Part shown: piece by piece, positions 15,450 through 24,665 of the stretch | Layout of the letters: each line of letters opens with the position of its first letter | Numbering within the stretch: the first letter of the stretch is position 1 | IMG/VR virus record: IMGVR_UViG_3300038520_002665 | Coordinates: 1 to 25,347 of that record | Source of the DNA: a virus | Taxonomy: Duplodnaviria > Caudoviricetes | Reading direction: 5' to 3' (one strand) | DNA: 25,347 nucleotides | Notes under the pieces: generated by a model | Seen by the model: the letters and a program-made list of their open reading frames with translations, nothing else | Database searches by the model: none | Told to the model about the DNA's origin: nothing | Translations under genes and position numbers: made by a program

Positions 15450-16588
15450 CTGAAGCAGTAGAGGAAACAGAAAAAACTCCTGAACAAAGATCGCGTGAGG
15501 AGCGTGAAGAACGTAAAAAAAGAGAACAAGCAGATCGAGAAGCAAGAACTGAACTTAATAAAGAAAGATTAAAAGAACTTCAGGCAGAGAGAGAAAGAAA
15601 GGCAGAGAAAACTAGAGAGAATAAAAAACAAGCGATAGAAGACGCCAAGAGGCAAAAAATTAAAAAAATTGCAGATAAAAGACAAGCAAGTGTAGATGCT
15701 AGTATAAAGAGAGCTCAAGCGGTTGCTCCTAAAAACTTTGAAGTTATTCAAAAAGATGATGGTGATGCAACTGCAATGTCAAAGATGCTTGGAAATATTG
15801 GAAAGGCAACAGTCGGCACTGCTAGAGCTGGATTAAATGTTGGATTGGCAGCTCTCAAAACACCAGGAGCAAAACTAGCACAAGCAAGATCAGCAGCTCT
15901 CACAAGAAAAAGTAATATTGAAAAAGGAGTCACAAGAAAACTTGGATCTAGACTTGGATTGAGAGATGACGAATATTCAAGACAGAAGAGAATAGATAAA
16001 GCAGCAAAGAAGTCAACTCGTCCAGTTCAAAAAATTAATACAGATCAAAAAGTGCCAACACCGAAAGCATTACCTGCTGCTAGAAGTCAGAAGGCATTAC
16101 CACCAGCGAGTGATATAAAAGCATTACCACCAGCAAGTGATATAAAAGCACTTCCTGGTTCTAAGGAAACAACATATGCAAAACGACCCACAAATGCTGG
16201 TAAAACTTTATCTATCGTAAAAACAAAAGCAGCGAGAAAAAATGCATTATCAAAAGCAGCAAGTTCTCGTAGAGCAGCAGGTAACCCAGATAAACCAGAT
16301 GCACAAAGAGCTAGGAGAGATCCAGCGTATAAGGCAAGACTAATACAACAACAACAACAAGTTGGTGAAGAACTCATTTACGAGGTGGGGCAAATGAAAG
16401 AGAAAAAATTAAATAAAGTAATTGATATCTTAAAAGGTAAAAAGAATAATATAGAAATTAGTCCAAAGATTAAAGAGTCAATGAATTGGAAAGATAATTA
16501 TAAACCAATTGAAATAGAAACAACTAATTTAATTGAACCCAAAAAACTTAATCCATCAGATTGGCGAAAAGAAATATTTGAAATCTAG
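15437..16588 (+). CDS. Long basic/coiled-coil frame, probably entered by a -1 shift at the A9 run (the track shows only 15776-16588)
   Basis: The frame is open from 15437 (after TAA 15434-15436): KKSLTEAVEETEKTPEQRSREEREERKKREQ.... It has no ATG/GTG/TTG until 15776. Confidence 0.75.
   Translation, partial: KKSLTEAVEETEKTPEQRSREEREERKKREQADREARTELNKERLKELQAERERKAEKTRENKKQAIEDAKRQKIKKIADKRQASVDASIKRAQAVAPKNFEVIQKDDGDATAMSKMLGNIGKATVGTARAGLNVGLAALKTPGAKLAQARSAALTRKSNIEKGVTRKLGSRLGLRDDEYSRQKRIDKAAKKSTRPVQKINTDQKVPTPKALPAARSQKALPPASDIKALPPASDIKALPGSKETTYAKRPTNAGKTLSIVKTKAARKNALSKAASSRRAAGNPDKPDAQRARRDPAYKARLIQQQQQVGEELIYEVGQMKEKKLNKVIDILKGKKNNIEISPKIKESMNWKDNYKPIEIETTNLIEPKKLNPSDWRKEIFEI
16064..16156 (+). 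repeat. 27-bp coding tandem repeat (KALPPASDI-like, about 3.5 units)
   Basis: KALPAARSQ KALPPASDI KALPPASDI KALP. Confidence 0.9.
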
Positions 16589-16596
16589 AGGTATCT

Positions 16597-16776
16597 ATGG
16601 ACAATGTAAAAAAAATGAAACGTAAAGATGCATTCTTTATTTTTTATGAAAGTGTATTAAAACCTGATCCTGAACTTCGTTTACATGCACATGATGAAGA
16701 GTGTTATCATGAGTTGATGGAATGGAGAAATGAAATTATCGCCTATCTTGATCACCGAAGGAATGAGGAGTTCTAA
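16597..16776 (+). CDS. 59-aa hypothetical protein (not in ORF track)
   Basis: GAGGT SD; MDNVKKMKRKDAFFIFYESVLKPDPELRLHAHDEECYHELMEWRNEIIAYLDHRRNEEF*. Confidence 0.75.
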   Translation: MDNVKKMKRKDAFFIFYESVLKPDPELRLHAHDEECYHELMEWRNEIIAYLDHRRNEEF

Positions 16777-16805
16777 ATAAGTTTAGTTGTTATAGGTATA
16801 AAATT

Positions 16806-17012
16806 ATGTTCGCATTTTTACTCCCATTCGCATCAAAGGTAATTTCCGATGCCGTCAAACAGATTCCGGAAAATGAAGAACTCGGTGAGAAACTCATTGA
16901 GATCTGTCTTATTATTCTTGCTAAAGCAGTTAAGTTAACAAAGACTGATATGGATGATCAACTTCTTGAAGTTGTTTCCAAAGCAATCAAGACCAGAGAA
17001 GAAGTAGAATGA
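16806..17012 (+). CDS. Small helical hypothetical protein, late-expressed
   Basis: 68-aa ORF preceded by TAAATA (16774-16779) and an AGGT SD, and followed by a terminator. Confidence 0.8.
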   Translation: MFAFLLPFASKVISDAVKQIPENEELGEKLIEICLIILAKAVKLTKTDMDDQLLEVVSKAIKTREEVE

Positions 17013-17016
17013 TATT

Positions 17017-17046
17017 AGAGACCCAGAAGTGAGGTCTCTTTTTTTT
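17017..17046 (+). terminator. Rho-independent terminator
   Basis: AGAGACC/GGTCTCT stem followed by a T-run. Confidence 0.7.
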
Positions 17047-17053
17047 ATAAATA
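17046..17053 (+). promoter_or_regulatory. T4 late promoter TATAAATA
   Basis: Exact consensus 29 nt before ATG 17083. Confidence 0.85.
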
Positions 17054-17082
17054 TCAATATAAAGAATTATAGGCAAGAAAAC

Positions 17083-17586
17083 ATGGCTCTCTGGGGTATA
17101 TCAGACTCATTATTTTCTACCGGTACAATCAGTGTGAACCTGACTACTAAGGTTGCCACAATTAGCACCGGTACTCTTCCAGCAGCTGGCACCATCGAAG
17201 GTAGCGTTGTTACTATCACAGGTAAGGGAAGTGCAACCATCAAAGAAAGAACTGGAAACACAACTTTCACAATCCATAATACGACTGGATTGGATGGAAC
17301 CGCAATCAGTGGTGTTGCTTACAACATCTCTGCTCAACCTAAATCTGCAGTTCTTGATACCAACTATGGTGGAGATGAAATTTTTGGTGTAGACACTACT
17401 GAGCAAGGTGTTGTCAATGCCGCTTCAGGTAATGCACGTAAGTATGCACCTGCTCATGCTGGTTGGGTTGGAATTACATCTTACACAGACATGCACGGCA
17501 ACTTTAGAGTTAAAACAGAAACTCTTGTAGCGAGCAGTAGCATTACTGGAGACGCATCTGACGATACCATTCTTGCAGATTCCTGA
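17083..17586 (+). CDS. Probable virion structural protein (Thr/Gly-rich, beta-strand)
   Basis: Late promoter; MALWG start; HAGWV and RVKTETLVA motifs; composition typical of structural proteins. Confidence 0.7.
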   Translation: MALWGISDSLFSTGTISVNLTTKVATISTGTLPAAGTIEGSVVTITGKGSATIKERTGNTTFTIHNTTGLDGTAISGVAYNISAQPKSAVLDTNYGGDEIFGVDTTEQGVVNAASGNARKYAPAHAGWVGITSYTDMHGNFRVKTETLVASSSITGDASDDTILADS

Positions 17587-17603
17587 TAACTAAATGATTT
17601 AAT

Positions 17604-17975
17604 ATGCGATTTGATGAACTTAATGAATCCAACTATATAATGTTCGCTATAAAACATTATGAAAATCCTCAAGCTGTGACGCAAGAGGATTTTTATGATG
17701 ATATGAAAAGATTTAAATGGATAAAAAGAATTCTCAACAAGTATAAAAATACTGGGGATTTAAATATACATCTTTTACTAAATCATTTTATAATTTTATA
17801 CAACATATTTGGAGAAGCAACGACCCCATTGCTTTTTTATAAAATAGACAAAGACCTTTGGAGTATTTTGAAAACTTTTATATTATATCTTGAGAGACTC
17901 CCAGAATATCCAAAATCAGAATTGCATAATATTCCCATAAATGATAATTGTATGCAACTTTTAAAGAAACTTTGA
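17604..17975 (+). CDS. Conserved T4-like phage hypothetical protein
   Basis: FDELNESNYIMFAIKHYENPQ, FYDDMKRFKWIKR and LLLNHFIILYNIFG; typical location upstream of the primase. Confidence 0.85.
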   Translation: MRFDELNESNYIMFAIKHYENPQAVTQEDFYDDMKRFKWIKRILNKYKNTGDLNIHLLLNHFIILYNIFGEATTPLLFYKIDKDLWSILKTFILYLERLPEYPKSELHNIPINDNCMQLLKKL

Positions 17976-18217
17976 TGGATTATCGACTTAAAAAAATTAT
18001 TAATATCATTCACGAAATGAATGAAGAAATGGTAGTCGCTAATGCTGCTGGATCTAGCGGAGGTTTTAGTGGAAATTCTCCTGCATCTGGACCAACTGCT
18101 GGAAAAGAATTTCCGATGGGAAAGATGAGAAGAAGAAAGACTATAATAGGAAAGGGAAAATATCCCGGTGCTAGAGAACGTTTCAAACAAGGGTTAAAAT
18201 TTGTGAAAAATGGATAA
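17975..18217 (+). CDS. Small hypothetical protein (Gly/Ala-rich, basic C-terminus)
   Basis: TGATG coupling to the upstream gene; MNEE motif followed by ANAAGSSGGFSG. Confidence 0.7.
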   Translation: MDYRLKKIINIIHEMNEEMVVANAAGSSGGFSGNSPASGPTAGKEFPMGKMRRRKTIIGKGKYPGARERFKQGLKFVKNG

Positions 18218-18596
18218 CTCCGCCGCTAATGCAGCAATTTTGGAAAGATTAGAACGCATCGTTGATTCTCTTCAAGACAATTCTGTTAAGATGGGACAAC
18301 TCCTTGCTGTTCACAATGAAAAATTAGAAAAGCAAGATAGGATAGATGCAGTTTTATTTGAAAAGGTAGAGAGTGTTCATAGAGAAGTAAATAGACAAGC
18401 GGAAATTATAAAACTTGGTTGCGAAAAAGATATAAGAAAAATTGATGATAGACTTAGAATGTTAGAAAAAAAGATGTGGAGTATTGCAGGAGCACTCACA
18501 ATTATATCTTTTGTGGTTAGTATTCCGGGTCAAAGAGTTTTATCGTCTTTCTTGACACCGAGTTCTCAACAGGGTATAATAGAACCTAGGAAGTAG
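18210..18596 (+). CDS. Coiled-coil protein with a C-terminal transmembrane helix
   Basis: Heptad-rich ILERLERIVDSL...LLAVHNEKLEKQ, then hydrophobic WSIAGALTIISFVVSI. Confidence 0.8.
   Translation: MDNSAANAAILERLERIVDSLQDNSVKMGQLLAVHNEKLEKQDRIDAVLFEKVESVHREVNRQAEIIKLGCEKDIRKIDDRLRMLEKKMWSIAGALTIISFVVSIPGQRVLSSFLTPSSQQGIIEPRK
18552..18580 (+). promoter_or_regulatory. Consensus sigma70 promoter for primase-nrdA-nrdB, inside the upstream CDS
   Basis: TTGACA (18552-18557), 17 bp, TATAAT (18575-18580). Confidence 0.88.
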
Positions 18597-18605
18597 TGTC
18601 TTGTA

Positions 18606-19598
18606 ATGAGTTTTGTTGACTCTAAGTATATCGGACTGGTCTCGGTTCGGTTGCAAAAGTTTAGTCGAAAAAAAGAAAATCTTTATACTTTTCGGTGTCC
18701 CTATTGTGGTGATTCCCAAAAGAACAAAAACAAGACAAGAGGATATATCTACAAATATAAAAACGATCATAACTTCAAATGTCATAATTGTGGAGCTTCA
18801 AAAAGTTTTTCAAACTTTCTGAAGGACCAAGACGTTGGTTTATATGATCAATATGTCATGGAACGCTATAGGGCAGGATTGACTGGCAAAGGTACAAATA
18901 CACCAGATCCAGTGTTGCCAAAGAGTAAACCAGTATTTCAAAAAAAGGACTTTGATCTCCAAAGAATCTCAGAACTAAATAATTCTCACCCAGCAAAGAT
19001 CTACCTTAAAAAAAGAAAAATACCAGAAAAATTGTTCAGGGAATTTTATTTCTGTGAAAAATTTAAATACTGGACTAATACTCAAAAATATACATTTGAA
19101 GATGAAAGTAATGATGAGTCTAGAATTATCATTCCGCTCAAAGACAAAGATGGAATCTTTGGATTCCAAGGGAGGACTCTTAATCCAAAGTCCAAACTTA
19201 GATATATTACGGTGATGCTCAATGATGAAAAACCAAAGATTTACGGACTTGATAAGATCGATGTTTCGAAACCCATTTACATTGTTGAAGGACCCTTCGA
19301 CTCCACGTTTCTCGAAAATGCTGTTGCTATGTGTGGGTCCGACGTTGATATTAGGACGCTTGGTTGGAGCGATCATATTTGGGTTCTTGATAATGAACCA
19401 CGTAACAGACAAATCGTCAACAGAGTATCAAAACTCGTCGATAGAGGACAGAAAGTAGTAATTTGGAATTCTGAAGTTAAACAGAAAGATCTTAATGATA
19501 TGTTCCTTGCTGGATTAAATGTAAAAGACATGGTAAAATCAAATACTTATCATGGACTTAATGCAAAAGTAAAATTTATCGAATGGAAAAGAATATGA
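18606..19598 (+). CDS. gp61: DNA primase, T4 gp61-like
   Basis: Zinc ribbon RCPYCGDS...KCHNCG, FQGR, and TOPRIM motifs IVEGPFDS, DNEPRN and KDLND. Confidence 0.96.
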   Translation: MSFVDSKYIGLVSVRLQKFSRKKENLYTFRCPYCGDSQKNKNKTRGYIYKYKNDHNFKCHNCGASKSFSNFLKDQDVGLYDQYVMERYRAGLTGKGTNTPDPVLPKSKPVFQKKDFDLQRISELNNSHPAKIYLKKRKIPEKLFREFYFCEKFKYWTNTQKYTFEDESNDESRIIIPLKDKDGIFGFQGRTLNPKSKLRYITVMLNDEKPKIYGLDKIDVSKPIYIVEGPFDSTFLENAVAMCGSDVDIRTLGWSDHIWVLDNEPRNRQIVNRVSKLVDRGQKVVIWNSEVKQKDLNDMFLAGLNVKDMVKSNTYHGLNAKVKFIEWKRI

Positions 19599-21895
19599 CC
19601 AACGGCACAAAAGTATTAAAAAGAAATGGAGAAACAGAAAGTTTGGATTTGGATAAAATCCATAAGATGGTAGAAAGTGCCTGTGAGGGTCTTGCAGGAG
19701 TTTCTGCATCTCAGGTGGAGATACAGTCTGGAATTCAATTTTACAATGGAATTACCACAGGAGAAATTCAAGAAATTCTTGTTAGATCTGCTTCTGATTT
19801 AATTGATCTGGATACTCCCAATTATCAGTATGTTGCCGCAAGACTACTTTTGTTTGGTCTGTATAAGCAAGTATTTGGTCCTGAGTGGAATCAAGGATTT
19901 CCACACATAAAAGATCACTTGAAGACTGGATCAGATAAATTAATTTATGATGACAAACTTTTTCTAAGTTATACTGAAGAAGAGTGGAACAAGATTAATT
20001 CTTGGATTGATCATGATCGTGATTTGTTATTTACATATGCTGGTCTTCGTCAAGTAGTTGACAAGTATTTGGTTCAAGATAGAAGTTCCGGTGAACTCTA
20101 TGAGACGCCTCAGTATATGTACATGTTAATTTCTGCAACTATTTTTGCAGATTATCCTAAAGATAATAGATTAGACTACGTTCATAGGTACTACAATGCC
20201 ATCTCCAAACACAAAATCAACATTCCCACACCTATCATGGCAGGAGTGCGAACTCCACTTAGACAATTTGCTAGCTGTGTTCTTGTTGATGTTGATGACA
20301 CCCTCGATAGTATCTTTACTTCTGATATGGCAATTGGCAAATACGTTGCACAAAGGGCGGGAATCGGTATCAACGCAGGCCGAATCCGTGGCATCAACAG
20401 TAAAATCAGAGGTGGAGAAGTTCAACACACAGGTGTTGTACCATTCCTTAAAAAGTTTGAATCAACTGTCAGGTGTTGTACACAAAATGGAATACGAGGT
20501 GGCTCAGCGACTGTCCACTTCCCAATCTGGCACCAAGAAATAGAAGACATTCTTGTTCTCAAGAATAATAAAGGCACAGAAGATAATAGGGTCCGCAAAC
20601 TTGATTACTCCATCCAGATTTCAAAACTTTTCTACGAGCGTTTCATCCAGAATGGAGAAATTAGCTTATTCTCACCGCATGACGTACCAGGTCTGTATGA
20701 TGCTTTTGGTACTGATTCATTTGACGATCTCTATGTGGGTTATGAATCAGATCAGTCTATTCCAAGAAAAACTGTCAGCGCACAAGCACTCTTCCTCGAT
20801 CTACTGAAGGAAAGAGCAGAGACTGGTCGTCTGTACATTATGAACATTGATCATTGCAACTCTCATTCCTCTTTTACAGATAAGGTTGAGATGAGCAATC
20901 TTTGCCAAGAAATTACTCTTCCTACAAAACCACTTCAGCATATTGACAAAGATGGTGAAATTGCTTTGTGTATTTTGTCTGCTGTCAATGTTGGAAAGAT
21001 TCGTGATATTGATGATCTAGAGGAGTTGTGTGATCTTGCAGTGAGATCTCTAGATGAATTGATTGATTATCAAAACTATCCCATCTATGCAGCAGAGATT
21101 GCAACTAAAAATCGTAGGTCTCTTGGTGTTGGATATATTGGACTTGCACACTACCTTGCAAAACAAGGATTCAAGTATGACAGCCAAGACGCCTGGAAAT
21201 CGGTCCACAGACTTACAGAGGCATTCCAGTATTATCTTCTGAAGTCTTCTAACAAACTTGCAGAGGAGAAGGGCCCCTGTGGTTATTTCGATAGGACAAA
21301 GTATTCCAAAGGTATTTTGCCAATTGACACATACAAAACAGATGTAAACGAAATCGTTAAACCAGAGTATAATTATGATTGGGAAAGTCTTAGAGTATCT
21401 ATCACCACCAATGGTCTTAGGAACTCAACATTGTCTGCACAAATGCCATCGGAAAGTAGTTCCGTTGTGTCAAATGCCACTAATGGAATCGAACCACCTC
21501 GTGGATACTTGTCCGTTAAGAAGAGCAAAAAGGGTCCGCTCAAACAAATTGTTCCAGGATATCAATATCTCAAAAACAATTATACTCTTCTTTGGGACAT
21601 GCTTGATAATACTGGTTATATCAATGTTGTTAGTGTAATGCAAAAGTTCTTTGATCAAGCAATCAGCGGCAACTGGAGTTATAATCCAAAGAACTATGCT
21701 GACAATGAAGTTCCAGTTTCTGAAATGGCACAAGATCTCCTGAGGACTTACAAGTACGGTTGGAAGACCAGTTACTACCAAAATACTTATGACTTCAAGT
21801 CTGATGAAGATGTCGAAGAATCAAAAACCCTAGATAATCTTGTAGGTGAACTAATGGTAGCGGAGGAAGAAGATTGCGAAAGTTGCAAAATCTAA
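19595..21895 (+). CDS. nrdA: Class Ia ribonucleotide reductase alpha subunit
   Basis: ATP-cone VLKRNG, PTPIMAG, QFASCVL, catalytic SNLCQEI, ALCILS, MPSESSS, NGIEP, TSYY and C-terminal CESC. Confidence 0.98.
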   Translation: MTNGTKVLKRNGETESLDLDKIHKMVESACEGLAGVSASQVEIQSGIQFYNGITTGEIQEILVRSASDLIDLDTPNYQYVAARLLLFGLYKQVFGPEWNQGFPHIKDHLKTGSDKLIYDDKLFLSYTEEEWNKINSWIDHDRDLLFTYAGLRQVVDKYLVQDRSSGELYETPQYMYMLISATIFADYPKDNRLDYVHRYYNAISKHKINIPTPIMAGVRTPLRQFASCVLVDVDDTLDSIFTSDMAIGKYVAQRAGIGINAGRIRGINSKIRGGEVQHTGVVPFLKKFESTVRCCTQNGIRGGSATVHFPIWHQEIEDILVLKNNKGTEDNRVRKLDYSIQISKLFYERFIQNGEISLFSPHDVPGLYDAFGTDSFDDLYVGYESDQSIPRKTVSAQALFLDLLKERAETGRLYIMNIDHCNSHSSFTDKVEMSNLCQEITLPTKPLQHIDKDGEIALCILSAVNVGKIRDIDDLEELCDLAVRSLDELIDYQNYPIYAAEIATKNRRSLGVGYIGLAHYLAKQGFKYDSQDAWKSVHRLTEAFQYYLLKSSNKLAEEKGPCGYFDRTKYSKGILPIDTYKTDVNEIVKPEYNYDWESLRVSITTNGLRNSTLSAQMPSESSSVVSNATNGIEPPRGYLSVKKSKKGPLKQIVPGYQYLKNNYTLLWDMLDNTGYINVVSVMQKFFDQAISGNWSYNPKNYADNEVPVSEMAQDLLRTYKYGWKTSYYQNTYDFKSDEDVEESKTLDNLVGELMVAEEEDCESCKI

Positions 21896-21896
21896 A

Positions 21897-23075
21897 ATGA
21901 AAGAGTACAATTTTACTACATCGGAGAAGAATCAAATGCATGGTATGACGGTTTTTAACTCGAAGAAGGTTGATAGAAAAAAGCAACCAATGTTTTTTGG
22001 AAAACCACTTGGAGTTCAAAGATACGATACTTTTAAATATCCAGTATTTGATAAATTAACTCAACAGCAATTGGGTTATTTCTGGAGACCAGAGGAGGTC
22101 TCTCTTCAAAAAGATAGGGCAGATTATGCAAATCTGCGTCCAGAACAAAAGCACATTTTTACATCTAATTTAAAATATCAAATCCTTCTTGATTCTGTTC
22201 AGGGTAGAGGACCCAGCATGGCGTTTATGCCATATTGCTCTCTACCAGAACTTGAATCATGCATGGAAGTATGGGGATTTATGGAAATGATCCATAGTCG
22301 TTCATACACATATATCATCAAGAACGTGTATGCAGACCCCTCTGAAGTATTCGATACTATCTTAGATAATGACAAGATTATTGAACGTGCCAAGAGCGTC
22401 ACAGAGGCGTATGATGAGTTCATTAATGCAGCTCAGGCCTGGGGTTCTAGTGGAATGTGGGAAGATGCATGGAAAGACTCTCCAAACATGGAGGAAGAGC
22501 GTAGAGAACTAAAGCGTAAACTTTATAGAGCAATCGCCAATGTTAACATATTGGAAGGTATTCGCTTTTATGTCAGTTTCGCTTGTTCTTTTGCATTTGG
22601 TGAACTCAAACTTATGGAAGGATCCGCCAAGATCATCTCTCTTATTGCAAGAGATGAGAATCAACACTTGGCATTAACTCAAAATATTATCAACAAGTGG
22701 AAGCAGGGTGATGATCCTGAGATGCAAGAGATTGCCAAGGAAGAAGAAGAGAATATCTATGAGATGTTCCGAAAGACTGTAGATGAAGAGAAATCCTGGG
22801 CAGAATATCTGTTCAAGGATGGATCTATGATTGGTCTAAATGATAAACTTTTACATCAATATGTTGAGTGGATTGCCAACAGACGTATGAAGTCTATAGG
22901 ATTGAAACCTATATACGATATACCAGCAAAAAACAATCCTCTTCCTTGGACAGAGCATTGGATTTCTTCAAAAGGTCTTCAAGTTGCTCCTCAAGAAACT
23001 GAGGTTGAATCATACATCGTTGGAGGTATTAAACAAGATGTCACAAAAGACACATTCGCAGGATTCTCCCTCTAA
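21897..23075 (+). CDS. nrdB: Class Ia ribonucleotide reductase beta subunit
   Basis: FWRPEEV, LLDSVQGR, EMIHSRSY (metal ligands and radical Tyr), LEGIRFYVSF, RDENQH and APQETEVESY. Confidence 0.98.
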   Translation: MKEYNFTTSEKNQMHGMTVFNSKKVDRKKQPMFFGKPLGVQRYDTFKYPVFDKLTQQQLGYFWRPEEVSLQKDRADYANLRPEQKHIFTSNLKYQILLDSVQGRGPSMAFMPYCSLPELESCMEVWGFMEMIHSRSYTYIIKNVYADPSEVFDTILDNDKIIERAKSVTEAYDEFINAAQAWGSSGMWEDAWKDSPNMEEERRELKRKLYRAIANVNILEGIRFYVSFACSFAFGELKLMEGSAKIISLIARDENQHLALTQNIINKWKQGDDPEMQEIAKEEEENIYEMFRKTVDEEKSWAEYLFKDGSMIGLNDKLLHQYVEWIANRRMKSIGLKPIYDIPAKNNPLPWTEHWISSKGLQVAPQETEVESYIVGGIKQDVTKDTFAGFSL

Positions 23076-23238
23076 TTTAGAGAAAATCTGGTGGGAGATG
23101 GAAAACATTGAACCACTTACTCCACTCACCGTAGAGGACTCTCTGAGGGCATATAAGGACGCTGCAGTAGCAGACTCCTATCTCTTTGGAGATTATAATG
23201 GATTCGAAGCTTACAAATCAGCAGTTGAGGAGGGTTGA
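23038..23238 (+). CDS. Small acidic hypothetical protein (start uncertain: 23038 or 23098)
   Basis: Open frame from the nrdB 3' end to TGA 23236-23238 inside the terminator; GGAGG SD upstream of ATG 23038. Confidence 0.5.
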   Translation: MSQKTHSQDSPSNLEKIWWEMENIEPLTPLTVEDSLRAYKDAAVADSYLFGDYNGFEAYKSAVEEG

Positions 23239-23263
23239 CAAACCCTCTTTTTTTATGTAGAAT
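23230..23263 (+). promoter_or_regulatory. Terminator hairpin fused to a sigma70 promoter
   Basis: GAGGGTT-GACA-AACCCTC-T7; TTGACA (23235-23240), 17 bp, TAGAAT (23258-23263). Confidence 0.8.
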
Positions 23264-23316
23264 AACTCTGTCAGGGTTCATAGATAACTAGTATATAGAG
23301 CTACTATGGATACTTG

Positions 23317-23664
23317 ATGAAGACACAGAGTGCGAAAGCAAAGGGCCGAAGACTACAGCAATGGGTAGTACAACAACTTATAGAGACCTTTGATATACAT
23401 CCAGAAGATATTAAATCCTGCTCTATGGGTGCAGGTGGAGAGGATGTACAGATGGCAAGGTCTGCTAGGGAAAAATTTCCTTATAGTGTTGAGTGTAAGA
23501 ATGTAGAGAAACTCAACGTATGGGATGCCTATGATCAAGCAAAGGCAAATGCCGGTAATTATGAACCAATAGTCATCATGAAAAAGAATGGTAAGAAACC
23601 ATTAGCGATCATTGATGCTGAATACTTTATTAAAAATCAATGTAACTTAGTGACAGAGAAGTAA
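23317..23664 (+). CDS. PD-(D/E)XK nuclease, Holliday-junction-resolvase-like
   Basis: SAKAKGRRLQ helix, GGEDV, SVECKN (ExK) and PIVIMKKN. Confidence 0.8.
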   Translation: MKTQSAKAKGRRLQQWVVQQLIETFDIHPEDIKSCSMGAGGEDVQMARSAREKFPYSVECKNVEKLNVWDAYDQAKANAGNYEPIVIMKKNGKKPLAIIDAEYFIKNQCNLVTEK

Positions 23665-24644
23665 CCCTTCTTGAGAGTTGCTTCACCAACACCGCTATTT
23701 AGTTCACGTATAGAAATCTCAAGGAAATCACCTGCATTAAGAGGTAGTGGTAGTGTAAAAGAAAGAAAAAACTCTTGGCCTGTGGCTTGGCCAAAGACTG
23801 ATCTTGGATAAGTGTCCATAGTTGGATAAACATTGCTATTTGTAGTACCATTTCTACGAAGATATATTTGCACTGAATCCTGTCCCCCTGTATTGTTAGA
23901 ACAGGTGCCTGATATATTTGCACTAACCAAATAAGTTCCTGTACTGGGAACAGTTATTCTACTTCTTGCAGCAGCTCCAGGATCATTACCTACAGTACAA
24001 CCAACATTTGTAGTTATTGTTTCGAAACCAATTGCGTCGTCATTATTGTTTGAATCAAAATTTGCGACATTCGTGACATTCGTTAACAGGCAAGATGGTT
24101 GCGCCGCTGTAATTTCACCTCCAGTAGTAACTTCTATTTTATTGCTCGCACCTACTTTAAATTGTGCAACGCTAACATCAGCAGTATTATTATTATTTCT
24201 ACAGGCAATGTGGAGTTGACTTGAATTACTAGAGGTTCCAGTAACTGTTATAACAGATAATGCATCATTACCGCCACTTAAATTTATGTCACTATCACCA
24301 GCACCGCTAGTTCCTGTCAAGTCTAATGTTCCACCAACAGTTAAGTTTGAACCAACAGTTAAGTTTGATGTAACATCAACCTTTGCACCAGTTGGTGTTG
24401 AGAGTTCTATATTATCTTGATTTGCACCTGAACCATCATTCTCAACTGCTATTTTTAATTTTGTGCTTTCTCCAGATACCACTTCATATGTGATAGATGC
24501 AAGATCACCAGATCCACCACCAGGATTATTTGTAAACTCAAGACCTTTTCCAGCACCAGCATGTACAAGTAATGCATCAGAAAGGGGCAATTCTTGAATT
24601 TGATTTGCACTTGGATTTATAATAAGTGGTATTCTATCAGCCAT
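23637..24644 (-). CDS. Putative tail fibre/virion protein with a C1q/TNF-like C-terminal domain
   Basis: Gly/Ser/Asn/Thr-rich, with an SNLTVG repeat; C-terminal ITVPSTGTYLVSANI and LPLNAGDFLEI pattern; minus-strand TAAATA upstream. Confidence 0.72.
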   Translation of the reverse strand: MADRIPLIINPSANQIQELPLSDALLVHAGAGKGLEFTNNPGGGSGDLASITYEVVSGESTKLKIAVENDGSGANQDNIELSTPTGAKVDVTSNLTVGSNLTVGGTLDLTGTSGAGDSDINLSGGNDALSVITVTGTSSNSSQLHIACRNNNNTADVSVAQFKVGASNKIEVTTGGEITAAQPSCLLTNVTNVANFDSNNNDDAIGFETITTNVGCTVGNDPGAAARSRITVPSTGTYLVSANISGTCSNNTGGQDSVQIYLRRNGTTNSNVYPTMDTYPRSVFGQATGQEFFLSFTLPLPLNAGDFLEISIRELNSGVGEATLKKGYFSVTKLH

Positions 24645-24665
24645 TTTATCAAGACACTTTTTAGA

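Noticed and set aside
15222-15933. Several short minus-strand ORFs filling the apparent gap before 15776
   Set aside because: They are Phe/Leu/Ser-rich shadows of the purine-rich plus-strand frames 15282-15449 and 15437-16588.
19583-23075. Alternative-frame and antisense ORFs of 60-115 aa inside nrdA/nrdB (and similar ones inside gp43, uvsX, gp41 and primase)
   Set aside because: They lie within or largely overlap highly conserved genes and show no motifs or independent expression signals.
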